Assembly (NCBI GenBank): GCA_964016885.1 | Contig: OZ024742.1 | Location: 56,110,001 to 56,174,000 of the forward strand | Direction of reading: 5' to 3' | Origin: Eledone cirrhosa | Lineage: Eukaryota | Length of the DNA stretch: 64,000 nt | Part shown: positions 12,566 through 26,242 of the stretch, in pieces | Layout: every line of letters begins with the position of its first letter | Position numbering within the stretch: position 1 is the stretch's first letter | Position numbers and translations under genes: made by a program | Notes under the pieces: generated by a model | What the model saw: the letters and a program-made list of their open reading frames with translations, nothing else | Databases searched by the model: none | Told to the model about the DNA's origin: nothing

Positions 12566-14531
12566 GCAAAAGTTCTATTTAAAATTGTTGGGATACAACA
12601 AGTAAATATTTTATAACTGATATAAAGCACTCGACAAGTTTTTGGAGTAGATATACGATATTAATAAATGGAAACTATATTTATAAAACCATATTTATTT
12701 CATTATACATATTTCAGGGATACCAAATTAAAATATGGTATGCCTTCATCAGACAAAATACAATATATAAACAGTTTTATAAATAATTTTGACGTACCCT
12801 ATTAAATGCAACCATTATTTTTGGAAGCTGTCTGGATAGTGAAATGTTTATATTATTTTATTAGTTATAGTGTTAAGCACAATTAGAAAAAGACGGAGAC
12901 AAAGAAAGAAAGAAAGAAAAAAAAACGGAGAGAGAGAAGGAGAGAGAAAGAAAAAAAAGACGGAGAGAGTGAAGGAGAGAGAAAGAAGGAGAGAGAGAAA
13001 AAAAAAACCTGGAAAAATATCGGAGAGAGAGAGAAATGTATGTAGAAAAGAAAGAGATAAATAGATAGGAGGAAATAAAAAAGAAAGAAAAAAGGAAGAA
13101 ATAAGAAAAACAAAGGAAAGCAACAGAGAGATAAGTCATCATACAGATAGAAAAACTCAAGAGAGAGAAATACTATATAGAGAGAGGGGGAGATAGTGAC
13201 AACTTTACGTCATGTCATATTAAGTTGAGTTAACAATTTATATGAAATGAATAATAAAAATATAAATATCAATATTCTTGAATGGGACATAGATATATAA
13301 TATGAGAAAATAACATTGTTCAATAATGATCATGTTTAGTTTAAAAACTTGAGATCAATATACCAAACTCTGAGTTAAATCTTTCAAAAAGTACCCTATT
13401 TATAAAAATCAGGATACAAATATGTATATATATATACACACATATGTACGTCCTGAAAATAGAAATTATGTCTACTCAAGCCAATAATATAGACACAGAA
13501 AGCGCAAATGATTTCACTTGATCACTGCTATACACTCCTTGTGTTATAAAATGTTCACAGTATATATACATAAATATACGATTAATATTCATGTCCTCAT
13601 ATATACGATTACCGTTCATGTATTTAATATTATGCATATCTGCAACATACATCACATATACACACACACATATATACACATACATATGTATAAATAAATA
13701 TCTGCGTGAGTCCTCCAGCATCGCTCATGTATATATACAGACATATATACAAACACATAAATAGACCCGGTAACACTTTCATATGCATGTTAATACACAC
13801 ATATGGCACTTGTATAGAGATAATCAAATATCAATATATTAATATAGAAATATCAAAGCATTAAATATCCTTAAAACACTATAGAGTATCTCAAGTTAAA
13901 ATAATATGTTTTATATATTTAGTATAGAAATTTATCCTACCTATATCTCAAACAGGGTAGAATTATGAAAGTTATTAGAAGCTATCGGAGTCAAAACAAA
14001 TAAAAAATAAAAATAATTTAAAAGATTTAGAAGACCCAGTGATTCTACGGATAACCTTATATTTAGTATAGAAATTTATCTTACGTATAATTTATTTAAT
14101 ACATTGGGAGCATATACATTTTAGAGTAGTTTATTATATCCTTGTTTATATTTAGGAAGAAAGTTTAAAATGAAAAAGATGAAGGAATCTAATGATTTAT
14201 GGACAGGTTTCATATATTAACTAAATTTCTTAATTAATTATACTACATTTTACTACGTCTTTTTTTTTTCTGTCTCCTTCTCTCTCTCTGTTTTTTTTTC
14301 TTTCTTTCTTTCTTTGTCTCCGTCTTTTTCTAATTGTGCTTAACACTATAACTAATAAAATAATATAAACATTTCACTATCCAGACAGCTTCCAAAAATT
14401 ATTTATAAAACTGTTTATATATTGTATTTTGTCTGATGAAGGCATACCATATTTTAATTTGGTATCCCTGAAATATGTATAATGAAATAAATATGGTTTT
14501 ATAAATACAGTTTCCATTTATTAATATCGTA
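12566..14531. mobile_element. PLE 3' UTR/pLTR-derived fold-back element, HHR family H in both arms
   Basis: About 12655-12960 is the reverse complement of about 14270-14531. Homologous to 26243-27250, which abuts a PLE ORF. Confidence 0.75.
14428..14487 (+). ncRNA. Type I hammerhead ribozyme (family H)
   Basis: tttgt-CTGATGA-AGGcATACC...GGTATcCCT-GAAA-tatgtaTA-atgaaa. Copies at 12698-12757(-), 19840-19898(+), 20296-20356(-), 20506-20566(+) and 26371-26432(-). Confidence 0.85.
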
Positions 14532-14579
14532 TACACATATATATATTTATATATTTATATATATATATATATATTTATA

Positions 14580-14669
<90 letters not shown>

Positions 14670-14730
14670 TATTTATATACATAAATATATATATATACAC
14701 ATATATATAATTTATATATTTATATATATA

Positions 14731-14885
14731 GTGGCTGCCAACTCGTTTTCGAGTACGGCCACTACTTTATATGCATGTAGGAGAACCCCTACCGATGCGC
14801 TGAACGAGTGTGAATTTTTAGTCCAGCCAGCGACTTGAAAAATCTGGTATAAACACTACACTTGTGACAATTATTGACACATAAT
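14731..14885 (-). mobile_element. Probable RTE-type LINE 3' end with C2H2 finger remnant
   Basis: Minus strand [25 protein letters not shown], then a short 3' UTR running into (TA)n. Confidence 0.45.
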
Positions 14886-15461
14886 GCTGGGCCCATGGTA
14901 CCATGTGACGACTAGTGCAGAGAGATCTCCAGATATAAAGCAATGCCTGTGCGTGAAGCTTTTATAGTGAGCAAAGGCACTGCACAAATCCAGTCCCACT
15001 CTCTTAACCAAGATGATATTTACCATAAAGCAGAAAAAGTCAACATCATTCGATACCATCAGAGTTGCAGGTGTTATATCAGAGTTTTCCTTCTCCTAGA
15101 ATTCTGCCTTGACAAAGGCGAAGAGGTCATCTCTCCCGGTGATTTGAGATGGCCATTGACTCTTAAGAGCTCCTTTGCCCTTTGACAGGTTTTGTTTTTA
15201 GTCCTGCAGGATGTCCAAAGTCACCCTCTTCACCAACAAACCTTGGTGGGGTTGCCAGTTTAGTCGCCAACGACTCGACCATGGGACAGGTTGTACTGGG
15301 ATACATGTTACCAGTAGCACCAACTGGTGACCTGACATATATATATATGTTTCACAGATATATATATATGTGTGAATATATATATATATGTCAGGTCACC
15401 AGTTGGTGCTACTGGTAACATGTATCCCAGTACAACCTGTATATATATATTTATATATATT

Positions 15462-15562
<101 letters not shown>

Positions 15563-15703
15563 TTGTATATATATATATATATATATACACATATATATAT
15601 TTATATATATATATATATACACATCTATATATTTATATATATATACATATATATATATACATATATATATGTATATATATATATATACACACATATATAT
15701 ATT

Positions 15704-15739
<36 letters not shown>

Positions 15740-15765
15740 TATATTTATATATATACACATATATA

Positions 15766-15821
<56 letters not shown>

Positions 15822-15827
15822 TATATA

Positions 15828-15901
<74 letters not shown>

Positions 15902-15903
15902 TA

Positions 15904-15981
<78 letters not shown>

Positions 15982-15989
15982 TATATATT

Positions 15990-16021
<32 letters not shown>

Positions 16022-16023
16022 TA

Positions 16024-16053
<30 letters not shown>

Positions 16054-16058
<5 letters not shown>

Positions 16059-16958
16059 TTCAAATATTAACAAAATAGATATTCTTGTGATCAATTAAAT
16101 GTTATTATACATATTTCAGAGATACTTGAATCAAGTTCAACAGTACGTCCTCATCAGATAAATTAAAATGATACATGACATACTCTGACATGTTAGATGG
16201 TTAAGATTTAATCAAGGTAGTGTTTAACTTATAAGAAAACTCAATATTTATACCTAATAATGAGAACATGCGAATACGTAATAGATTCAATAGAGAGGGT
16301 GTGAGTAAGAAAAATATTGCTTTAATGTAACAGTTATAGAGTTTTTAAAGTCTGGAATGCTACAGTAGGACTATAGAGAAAGACGTATCTGGAGTTATAA
16401 TTTATTTAGTTTTTAGCTTGAGAATGCAACTGATAGATAATTAAAGATAGAGAGAGATAAGGGGGAGTAATTTATGCAAAAAATTTCTTCAGACACATAT
16501 AAACATGTATAGCCTTGGCAGTTAAATTTCAAAATATTTACCCATGGTAATATCAAAGTTTCTATTTCTATCTGAGCGGGTCCAATATTCGTTGTTGAAG
16601 TTAATAAGAGTTCTTCTAACTGTTAGTATGATATCAATTTCATCCGTGGTTAGATCAGTATGCTTATAAGCGTATGATAGAGCCTTATTTAGTAGGTTGG
16701 GCGTTATGGAAGAATAGTAGCAAGTTATGTCCATCGGGATGAATTTATCGTTTTTCTTATCATGAATTTACCGTTTTTCTTATACCATTCTATGACTTCA
16801 TTTGTATCTTTCCACATGCTCAATTTAGATCTCAATTTAAGAGCAGGTATAATTATATCGATAATGTTTTTACTGATTACTCCAATATCCGATTTGGATG
16901 GAACAATCAGTCTAACTGGCAGGTCTTCCTCGAAGTTTCTTTTGTGATCTTTTTAGTT
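16054..16958 (-). pseudogene. Internally deleted PLE: RT fragment plus 3' UTR with HHR
   Basis: KDHKRNFEEDLPVRLIVPSKSDIG.., MDITCYYSSITPNLLNKAL..NFDITMG. HHR on the minus strand at 16102-16162 (CTGATGA..CTGAAAtatgtata). Confidence 0.8.
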
Positions 16959-16963
16959 AATCG

Positions 16964-18050
16964 AAGGAGTAAAATCAAGCCCTGCCAAAGTCAGCAGTGG
17001 CGTCCCACAAGGCACTGTGTTGGGCCCACTTCTTTTCATCATCTACATTAATGACATTACTGACATCATCAAACACAGTAACATCAGAATCTCTTCGCAG
17101 ATGATTCCAAGCTCCAAAGGGTAATCAATGAGTTGGGTGACCGAACTTGCCTTCAGTCAGACTACTGGCTGTTATCTAATGGGCAGAGATGAATAATATG
17201 ATGTTGAATGAGGATAAATTTGAACAAATCCACTTTGGAAAAAAACATGCCCTGAAACTACCATACTCTCTTCCTTCGGGTGAAACTCTAGTGGCTTCCA
17301 ATAACATCAGAGACCTGTGAGTAATTGTGGACAACAATAAAAGCTGGGCCACTCATATAAACAGCAAAGTTGATATAGACCGCAGAATGTGTTCCAGTCG
17401 AGAGATATCCACACTGTTGTCCTTCTCTTCTCCACTTTTGCCCGACATCACCTTGAATACCGTTGTCCACTGTGGTCACCCCACACGAAATAAAGTATCA
17501 TGAAAGTTGAAGCACCCCAAAGGTCAATTACAAAAAAGATAGTTGGCATGACAGGCCTTGACTATTGGGGTCGATTAGAAAAGCTCAAACTTTATTCTCT
17601 TCAACGTCGCCGTGAGCGCTACATTATCTGCATGATGTGGAAAATATTCCATCAGCTTAGCCCAAATTATGTTGGCATCACCTTTAGTGTACACCCAAGG
17701 CTTGAGCCCCGTGCTATCCGCCCACCACAAAAATGCCACTCGCATCACATAACAACAATACGGCATAATTATTTGACCTTAATTGGCCCTGCACTCTTTA
17801 ACATTACACCAAAACACATCAAAGCAGAGACAGACCCATCAAGTCAATAAGTCTTCGAAAAGATTCCTTCAAGAAATCCCAGATAAGCCTCCTACACCCG
17901 GATATGCCTCCGTGAACAATAACTTTCTACTCAAGTGGGCGATGGTGCCCAAACACTGATTTGTAAGACTTCGCTAGGTGGTGCTATTAAGTTAGACATG
18001 GTCTGGGCCAATACTGGCCGAAATCTATCAAACTTATCAAAGTTATCAAA
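16964..18050 (+). mobile_element. CR1/L2-group LINE, RT 3' half to 3' end, decayed
   Basis: [20 protein letters not shown], frameshifted [24 protein letters not shown], and an atcaaactt/atcaaagtt tail. Confidence 0.85.
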
Positions 18051-18061
18051 TATATATATAT

Positions 18062-18144
<83 letters not shown>

Positions 18145-18156
18145 AACACATATATA

Positions 18157-18214
<58 letters not shown>

Positions 18215-18351
18215 CATATATATGTGTGTGTATAAATATTTATACATATGTATACTCGTGTTTGTATGTACGCGTGTGAGTGTATTTATTTGTGTATATA
18301 TGTACGTGTGTGTGTATGTATGTGTATGTGTGTGTGTATCTGTGTATATAT

Positions 18352-18453
<102 letters not shown>

Positions 18454-18474
18454 ATCTGTGTATATGTATATGTG

Positions 18475-18529
<55 letters not shown>

Positions 18530-19209
18530 GTGATTATGTATTGTATATGTATGTATGTATGTATGTGTGTATGTATGTGTGTGTACATGAATATATATTT
18601 ATATTTATATATATTTATATATTTTTTATATATGTGTGTGTGTTTTTATGTGTATATATGTGTTTGTGTGTGTGTTTATGGTTGCGCGTAAGTGTGTGAG
18701 TGAGTATGTGTTTTTTTGTTTTTTTGTTTTTTTGTTTTTTTGTGAATGTGTCTGTTGATTTTTGGCATATAGTTGATTAGTTTAAGAGAAGTTCGAAGAT
18801 AATAGTAAGATATGCACTCAGTATTTTGAATCTGTCTGCAGAATTCTCTAGACCTTTGTCACTTAGTAGAACCTTAATGACTTTAGCTTTTAAAGAATCT
18901 CCCTTTTCTTTAATTCTATCGACCATGACTGACCCCCCACTGACTTTATAGACATCTGTTAGCTTAAGAGAAACTTATTGACAAGGAATGGTATGCCATC
19001 CGGAACCTGTTTATAGAATTCTGTCTGCCTTTGTTACTCTAAAAACATAAATAAATATAAATAAAAATAAAAATAAACTATAGCTTTGTAGAATTAGCTT
19101 TTAATGAATTCCCTTTTCTATCAACTAATGACCTGCACCCATCCCACTCCCCACCCTCTCCTACCACTTGTAGAGACATATAAATACCATATTTAATTTT
19201 TTGATACCC

Positions 19210-19260
19210 AGATTCCTGATGATTTCTAATGAATGAAACAGTTCTAGTCCTGTAGAATCT
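19210..19260 (+). ncRNA. Type I hammerhead ribozyme (family I)
   Basis: agattc-CTGATGA-tTTC taat GAAt-GAAA-CAG ttctagtc CTGTA-gaatct, with a 6-bp stem I and a 4-bp stem III. Confidence 0.8.
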
Positions 19261-19356
19261 CTTCTATATTAAAACTGTTATACTCTGCTATGTATTGAGT
19301 ACCTTACTTACTGTGGTTACCTCCGATTCAACCCGGAATAACGTATATATTTATAC

Positions 19357-19411
<55 letters not shown>

Positions 19412-19706
19412 CAAATAACGAAACGAAATTAAGTTTCGTTTCGCTTCTAACTCACTTTTGTATGACTGACGCTCTGTCCAACTAGTCCAATATTCCTGTC
19501 TGGCCCTCTGGAGAATAGAGGAAATGTGTTTCCTTGAAAACCCGTATGACTCTAAAACCCGGTCCGTCTGTATGGTTACATACAGACTAGCTGACACTCA
19601 CTGTAAAGTGTCTAGTGAAAAGCTGAGTACATGTACATATGTATACATGTGTGTATTTATATGCATACTAATACTTCCGTATACATATGTAGATGTACAC
19701 TTTAAC

Positions 19707-19757
<51 letters not shown>

Positions 19758-19759
19758 CT

Positions 19760-20061
19760 ATCCGGGACCTTCCAATCGACAGGGTTGCATTCTTTAAGGG
19801 TATGTCAATATTTGTTTATAAAACTGATCTATATTATATTTTATCTGATGAAAGCGCACCATAATTTGCTTTGGTGTCCTTGAAATATGTATAATGAAAT
19901 AAATATGGTTTTATAAATATAGTTTCCATTTGTTAATATATTGTATTTTTACTCCAAGAATTTGTTGAGTGCTTTATATCAGTTATAAAAATATTTCCTT
20001 TTTGGATCCCAACAAATTAAATATAACTTCTACATATATATATACATATATATTTGTTTAT

Positions 20062-20160
<99 letters not shown>

Positions 20161-20610
20161 TATGTAAAAGTTCTATTTAAATTGTTGAGATACAACAAGC
20201 AAATATTTTTATAACTGATATAAAGCACTCAACAAATATTTGGAGTAAAAATACGATATTAACAAATGGAAACTATATTTATAAAACCATATTTATTTCA
20301 TTATACATATTTCAAGGACACCAAGTTAAATTATGGTGTGCTTCCATCAGATAAAATATAATATAGATCAGTTTTATAAATAAATATTGACATACCCTTA
20401 AAGTATGCAACCATTGCTGTTGACTATCCGGGAGCTTCCAACAGCAATTGTTGCATTCTTTAAGGGTATGTCAATATTTATTTATAAAACTGATCTATAT
20501 TATATTTTATCTGATGAAAGCACACCATAATTTAACTTGGTGCCTTTGAAATATGTATAATGAAATAAATATGGTTTTATAAATATAGTTTCCATTTGTT
20601 AATATCGTAT
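19760..20610. repeat. Three short family H pLTR-like copies in alternating orientation around (TA)n
   Basis: 19760-20032(+), 20165-20420(-) and 20425-20610(+), each with an HHR motif. Confidence 0.8.
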
Positions 20611-20659
20611 ATACACATATATATATATTTATATATATATATACATACACATATATATA

Positions 20660-20715
<56 letters not shown>

Positions 20716-20721
20716 TATACT

Positions 20722-20771
<50 letters not shown>

Positions 20772-20878
20772 TATTTATATTATTATTTATTACTATATAT
20801 ATATATATATACATATATATATTTATATATATACACATATATATATATTTATATTATTATTATTATTATTATTATATA

Positions 20879-20997
<119 letters not shown>

Positions 20998-21061
20998 TAT
21001 ATTTTATTTATTTAGTTAATTATATACAAATATAACAATATACATATTAAATATAAATATA

Positions 21062-22259
21062 TATATGGATGTATATATAATGTATTTTGCAATACACTTT
21101 ATGCTTAATTAAAAGCATTTTGAAGACCGTAAGCTATTGTTTTAAAGTAGTGACAAATTCACTCACTTTGATCTCAGCAAACAGGGGAGATAAGCCGACA
21201 AGACTTGTTTCGCTTTGGTTGAAGCTTATCAAGGCCAACTACCCCACCTGTTTACTGAGATCATTGATGTTATATTCTTATAAAAATCTAGTAAATAATC
21301 AGGAGCTGATTATGCAGAGCGGTTGTTGGTCAGGCAGAAATTAAAAATTAGAATTAGAGCTCTGAAATAGCAATATATATATATGGATGTATATATAATG
21401 TATTTTGCAATACACTTTATGCTTAATTAAAAGCATTTTGAAGACTGTAAGCTATTGTTTTAAATTAGTGACAAATTCACTCACTTTGATCTCAGCAAAC
21501 AGGGGAGATAAGCCGACAAGACTTGTTTCGCTTTGGTTGAAGCTTATCAAGGCCAACTACCCCACCTGTTTACTGAGATCATTGATTTTATATTCTTATA
21601 GAAATCTAGTAAATAATCAGGAGCTGATTATGCAGAGCGGTTGTTGGTCAGGCAGAAATTAAAAATTAGAATTGGAGCTCTGAAATAGCAATATATATAT
21701 GGATGTATATATAATGTATTTTGCAATACACTTTATGCTTAATTACAAGCATTTTGAAGACCGTAAGCTATTGTTTTAAAGTAGTGACAAATTCACTCAC
21801 TTAGATCTCAGCAAACAGGGGAGATAAGCCGACAAGACTTGTTTCGCTTTGGTTGAAGCTTTTAATTAAGCATAAAGTGTATTACAAAATACATTATATA
21901 TACATCCATATATATATTGCTATTTCAGAGCTCCAATTCTAATTTTTAATTTCTGCCTGACCAACAACCGCTCTGCATAATCAGCTCCTGATTATTTACT
22001 AGATTTCTATAAGAATATAACATCAATGATCTCAGTAAACAGGTGGGGTCGTTGGCCTTGATAAGCTTCAACCAAAGCGAAACAAGTCTTGTCGGCTTAT
22101 CTCCCCTGTTTGCTGAGATCAAACTGAGTGAATTTGTCACTACTTTAAAACAATAGCTTACGGTCTTCAAAATGCTTTTAATTAAGCATAAAGTGTATTG
22201 CAAAATACATTATATATACATCCATATATATATTGCTATTTCACAGCTCCAACTCTAAT

Positions 22260-22260
<1 letters not shown>
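21062..22260. mobile_element. Retrozyme-like tandem of 316-318 bp monomers with terminal inversion (family J)
   Basis: Unit phase recurs at 21087, 21405 and 21721. Orientation flips at about 21862. One HHR per full monomer. Diverged relative at 42032-42290. Confidence 0.9.
22055..22096 (+). ncRNA. Type I hammerhead ribozyme with U3-A8 core variant (family J)
   Basis: gcc-TTGATAA-GCTT caacca AAGC-GAAA-caagtcttGTC-ggc. Copies at 21194-21235(-), 21512-21553(-) and 42173-42215(-). Confidence 0.8.
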
Positions 22261-22295
<35 letters not shown>

Positions 22296-22375
22296 AATAT
22301 GTTACCAAACAATTATTTACATCATAATTTGATTTATAATTGTTTCATCATCGGGGACATCTCAAAGTCGATCAT

Positions 22376-22945
22376 AGAGAGGACATATTTGAGAGGGCCA
22401 CCAAAAACTGTAGTCCTCCCAAGATTGGGCCCTGGGGCAACACACTTGTAATTGATGTTTACTTTGAGAGGGCCCCATTGGCTGCAACTGTCTGGCTTCC
22501 GTCCTTTAAAAAATCATGCAGCCACTCACCTATGTTTCCAGTTATGACGAGTCTTTGTAGTTTGTGACATATCATTCCGTGGTCGATCTTGTCAAAGGCC
22601 TCCGCAAAGTCAAGATATATCACGTCCACATGTGCGCCGTCTAGTAGTTGTTTCAGTACCCAGTCATAGTGTTGTAACAGCTATGTAAGGCAGTCTATTC
22701 TTGGGCGAAAGCCATGTTACGCCCTAGTTAGGCGGTCATTTCCCTTGAGGAACGTGATCAGTTTCTTTCTGATGATTCGTTCCATGATCTAACAGTTATG
22801 TAACGTCAGGGAGACGGGCTTGTGAATCTTGGCCTCCGCTTTACTTCCTTCTTTAGGGATAGGGCATATTGTGCCTTCTTTTAGTTTTCTGGGTAGTTTA
22901 CCGCTAGCCAAAGAACTTCTGAAGAGGACCTTCAGTGGTCCCTCT
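22376..22945 (-). pseudogene. CR1/L2-like LINE RT fragment
   Basis: GKLPRKLKEGTICPIPKEGSKAEAKIHKPVSLT, then VDVIYLDFAEAFDKIDHG and GPNLGRTTVFGGPLKYVL (degenerate QG motif region). Confidence 0.75.
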
Positions 22946-23090
22946 GAGGCACGTTTACGTATTAAGGAGGACTGCTGAGAATCCATCAGATCCAGCAGCT
23001 GAGCTTGTTCTAATTTCGTCTTAAACAACCTTATTATTAACATGTGTGTTTAACTGCTGAATAAATATCATTTCATTATTTTAACAAACA

Positions 23091-23137
<47 letters not shown>

Positions 23138-23400
23138 ATATTATATAACCATCGACCAGGATCAACACCGTCTATGATTCCGCCAACTAGGTCGCTGAGA
23201 CAGCTACAAAAGTATAATGAAAATTAATAATTATAAACCTATTTTCAAAATCAAATTTTAAAAGTTTTGGTGTCGTCCATGGCTTTCCTAGAGCTATTAG
23301 TCATATTTAGGGTCGATTTGTCAATCTTCTGTCTCTTTGGTAACAACCTTATTATTCATATGTGTGTTGAATTAATTTAACTTGATTATTTTAACAAACA

Positions 23401-23430
<30 letters not shown>

Positions 23431-23431
<1 letters not shown>

Positions 23432-23548
23432 ATTGTTTCTACTATTGGCACAAGGCCAGCAATAAGCCAGTGCATTACTGGTACTTTATTTTATTGACCC
23501 CGTAAGGATGAAAGGCAAAGTTAACCTCGGCTGGATTTAAACTCATAA
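23431..23548 (-). mobile_element. tRNA-derived SINE, 5'-truncated
   Basis: Reverse complement of gagtttaaatcc..gaggttaactttgcctttcatcc..ggggtcaataaaataaagtaccagt..tagaaacaatt. Confidence 0.8.
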
Positions 23549-23549
23549 T

Positions 23550-24300
23550 GCCTATCAATTGTAAGTTTGAATCTGACATACAAAAACATATATATCAATA
23601 AATTAAGCCTAAATCATAGTAGATTCAAATATCACAAAGAAAGAGCCAGAGGTGGGGGGCACAAGATTGAAACATGTATTACAGGTTAAAACATAGTCTA
23701 GATAGATGAGAAACAAAACGAGGATGTAATTTATGGAACAACCAAATGATTTAGAAGTCGACCTTAAGTAGGAGTAATAACATTAAAACATGAAAGCCAC
23801 ATCATTTTGATTTTTGAAAATTTCGAAAGTAGATTTATCAGTATGAATGTTCAGTAGTTTTTCGTTGCTGCCTTGGTGGACTAGAAGTAGGTACTATAGA
23901 CGGTGGAGATCCTGGTCTTGGTTCATTCCTTGTCAAGAGGTACATGTAATCTTTTTCAGGTTTTATTTTACATCCCATAGAAACAAACTGAAAAGGTTTA
24001 CCGGGAACCCTACTCCCGACGAGGTTCGAACTTCAGACCAGGATCACCACCGCCTACGATTCCACCAACTAGCCCACCGAGACAGTTTCGAAAGTGTTAT
24101 GAAAATTAATAATTATGAACTTATTTTAAAAATCAAATTGAAAAGGTTGTGGTGTCGTTCATGAATTTTCTTGAGCTATTAGTCATATTTAGGGTCGACT
24201 TGTCAATTTTCTGGCACTTTGTTAAAAACCTTATTATTTATATGTGTGTGTAACTGTTGAATTAATTCAATTTGATTATTTTAACCAACAAATAATATAT
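23550..24300. repeat. Non-coding repeat containing two convergent tRNA-like segments
   Basis: Homologous to 25257-25958 and partly to 23150-23405. tRNA-like segments at 23875-23940(+) and 24012-24078(-). Confidence 0.6.
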
Positions 24301-24345
24301 ATATATATAATGCCAATCATTGTAAGCTTGAATCTGACATGCAAA

Positions 24346-24424
<79 letters not shown>

Positions 24425-24429
<5 letters not shown>

Positions 24430-25240
24430 AATAATGATGGCTGCACGTTGCAAATGGTGGGGCATATGAAAAAGTAAGTCCTTCATCAGTGACCCTCCAA
24501 CCGTCCCAGGCATTTCATCGCTTTAAGGGCCATATGCCTCAGGTTGGTGCGAACAACGGCTAAAAAAAGTCGTTGGGACACGTAAACAAAGGGGACGCCA
24601 GGGTAACAAACAAAAAGGTTTAAGCAACGGAAAGTGAGAAGAAATAGACAAGTCCCAGATCTCTATGAATATAAACTCAGTGAAATCGTGAACAAGAGAC
24701 AAAAGACCATCAAACCTGGTTGAAATGTGAGCAAGGAAAGAATTTCGCACAAGTCTAACGGGGGGGAAAAAAGAAAAGAAGAAGAAGAAGAAGAAGAAGA
24801 AGAAGAAGAAGAAGAAGAAGAAGAAGAAGAAGAAGAAGAAGAAGAAGAAGAAGAAGAAGAAGAAGAAGAAGAAGAAGAAGAAGAAGAAGGGGTCTGGTCT
24901 ACGAATTCGGTAAACATAAGTTTTGTGAAGTCGCAGACGAAAGAGAGAGAAAGAAAAAAATTTCCATACCAGCTCGGTCAAGACCGCGCGAGAAAAGAAT
25001 TACACACAGGTCAAACTTGAAGGAGGAGGAGGAAAGAGGAGGAGGAGAGGTGTGACAGAGAATGAGTGAGTGAAAGTTGAGGAGGAGGCTAACAGAGAGA
25101 GAGACTGCTAGAAAGGGTAAAAGGTAACGAACAGACGAGTGGCAGCAGAAGAAAAATTATGTGTAAATATGATAATAATGATGGCTGCACGTTGCAAATG
25201 GTGGGGCATATGAAAAAGTAAGTCCTTTATCAGTGACCCT
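24425..25240. repeat. Non-coding element with about 75-bp terminal direct repeat and internal (GAA)n
   Basis: atatgataataatgatggctgc..cagtgaccct occurs at about 24423-24496 and 25168-25240. (GAA)n at 24778-24888. Related to the fold-back at 42345-43040. Confidence 0.65.
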
Positions 25241-25956
25241 ATATATATATATATATATCAATAAAGTAAGCCCAAATCTTAGTAGATCAAATATCACAGA
25301 GAGAAAGAGAGGGAGGAGAAATGAGGTGGAACAGAAATGAAACATAGATTACAGGTTAAAATATAGTCTAGATAGATGATAAAGAAAACGAGGATGTATT
25401 TTATGGAACACCCAAATGATTTAGAAGTCGACCTTAAGTAGGAGCAATGACATTAAGAAAGACATGATGGTCTCATCATTTTGTTTTAAAAATTTTGTAA
25501 GTAGGTTTATAAGTAAGAATTTTCAGGAGATATTAGAAGCTGTCTGATTGGGCTAGCGGTAGGCACTAGATATGATGGAGATTGTGGTCTTGGGTTCAAT
25601 CCTGGTCGAGAAATACATGTAATTTTTTTAGTTATTATTTTTTTTATTATTATTATTTAGTTATTATCCGATAGTAAAAAAGTGAAAAGGTTTACCGGGA
25701 CCCTTACTCCAGACGAGGAACGAACTTCAGATCAGGATTATCTCCGTCTATGATTCCACCGAGACAGCCACAAGAGCATAATGAAAATTAATAAATTAAT
25801 ATTTATAAACTTACTTTTAAAATCAAAGTTAAAAAGTTGTGTCGTGCATGGCTTCCCTAGTGCATTTAGTCATATTTTGGGTTGACTTGTGTCGTTTAAC
25901 TGCTAAACTGTGTGTTTAACTGTTAAATTAATTAAATTTGATTATTTTAACAAATG

Positions 25957-26016
<60 letters not shown>

Positions 26017-26198
26017 CAAGGTTTTTTATATGAAATGATGTATCGAAACACATATTGTTTAAAAATGGCGTAGACATTACAATACAATAGGAGGGACTAT
26101 ATATGGTTATGGGGGTCTGTTTCCAGAAAACCATAGGAGGAGTTCGTGAACATACAAAGAAAGAAAGAAACAAACAGACAGGAACTACAACTTTATAA

Positions 26199-26241
<43 letters not shown>

Positions 26242-26242
26242 A

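Noticed and set aside
12848-13160. Lys/Arg/Glu-rich and Phe/Leu/Ser-rich ORFs
   Set aside because: Purine-rich low-complexity UTR sequence.
21087-21344. 85-aa ORF repeated three times
   Set aside because: It has a non-ATG start, lies antisense to the HHR, has no recognisable motif, and its frame is not kept in the relative at 42063. It is a by-product of the tandem.
24727-25020. Poly-Glu, poly-Ser and poly-Phe ORFs
   Set aside because: They come from a (GAA)n microsatellite.
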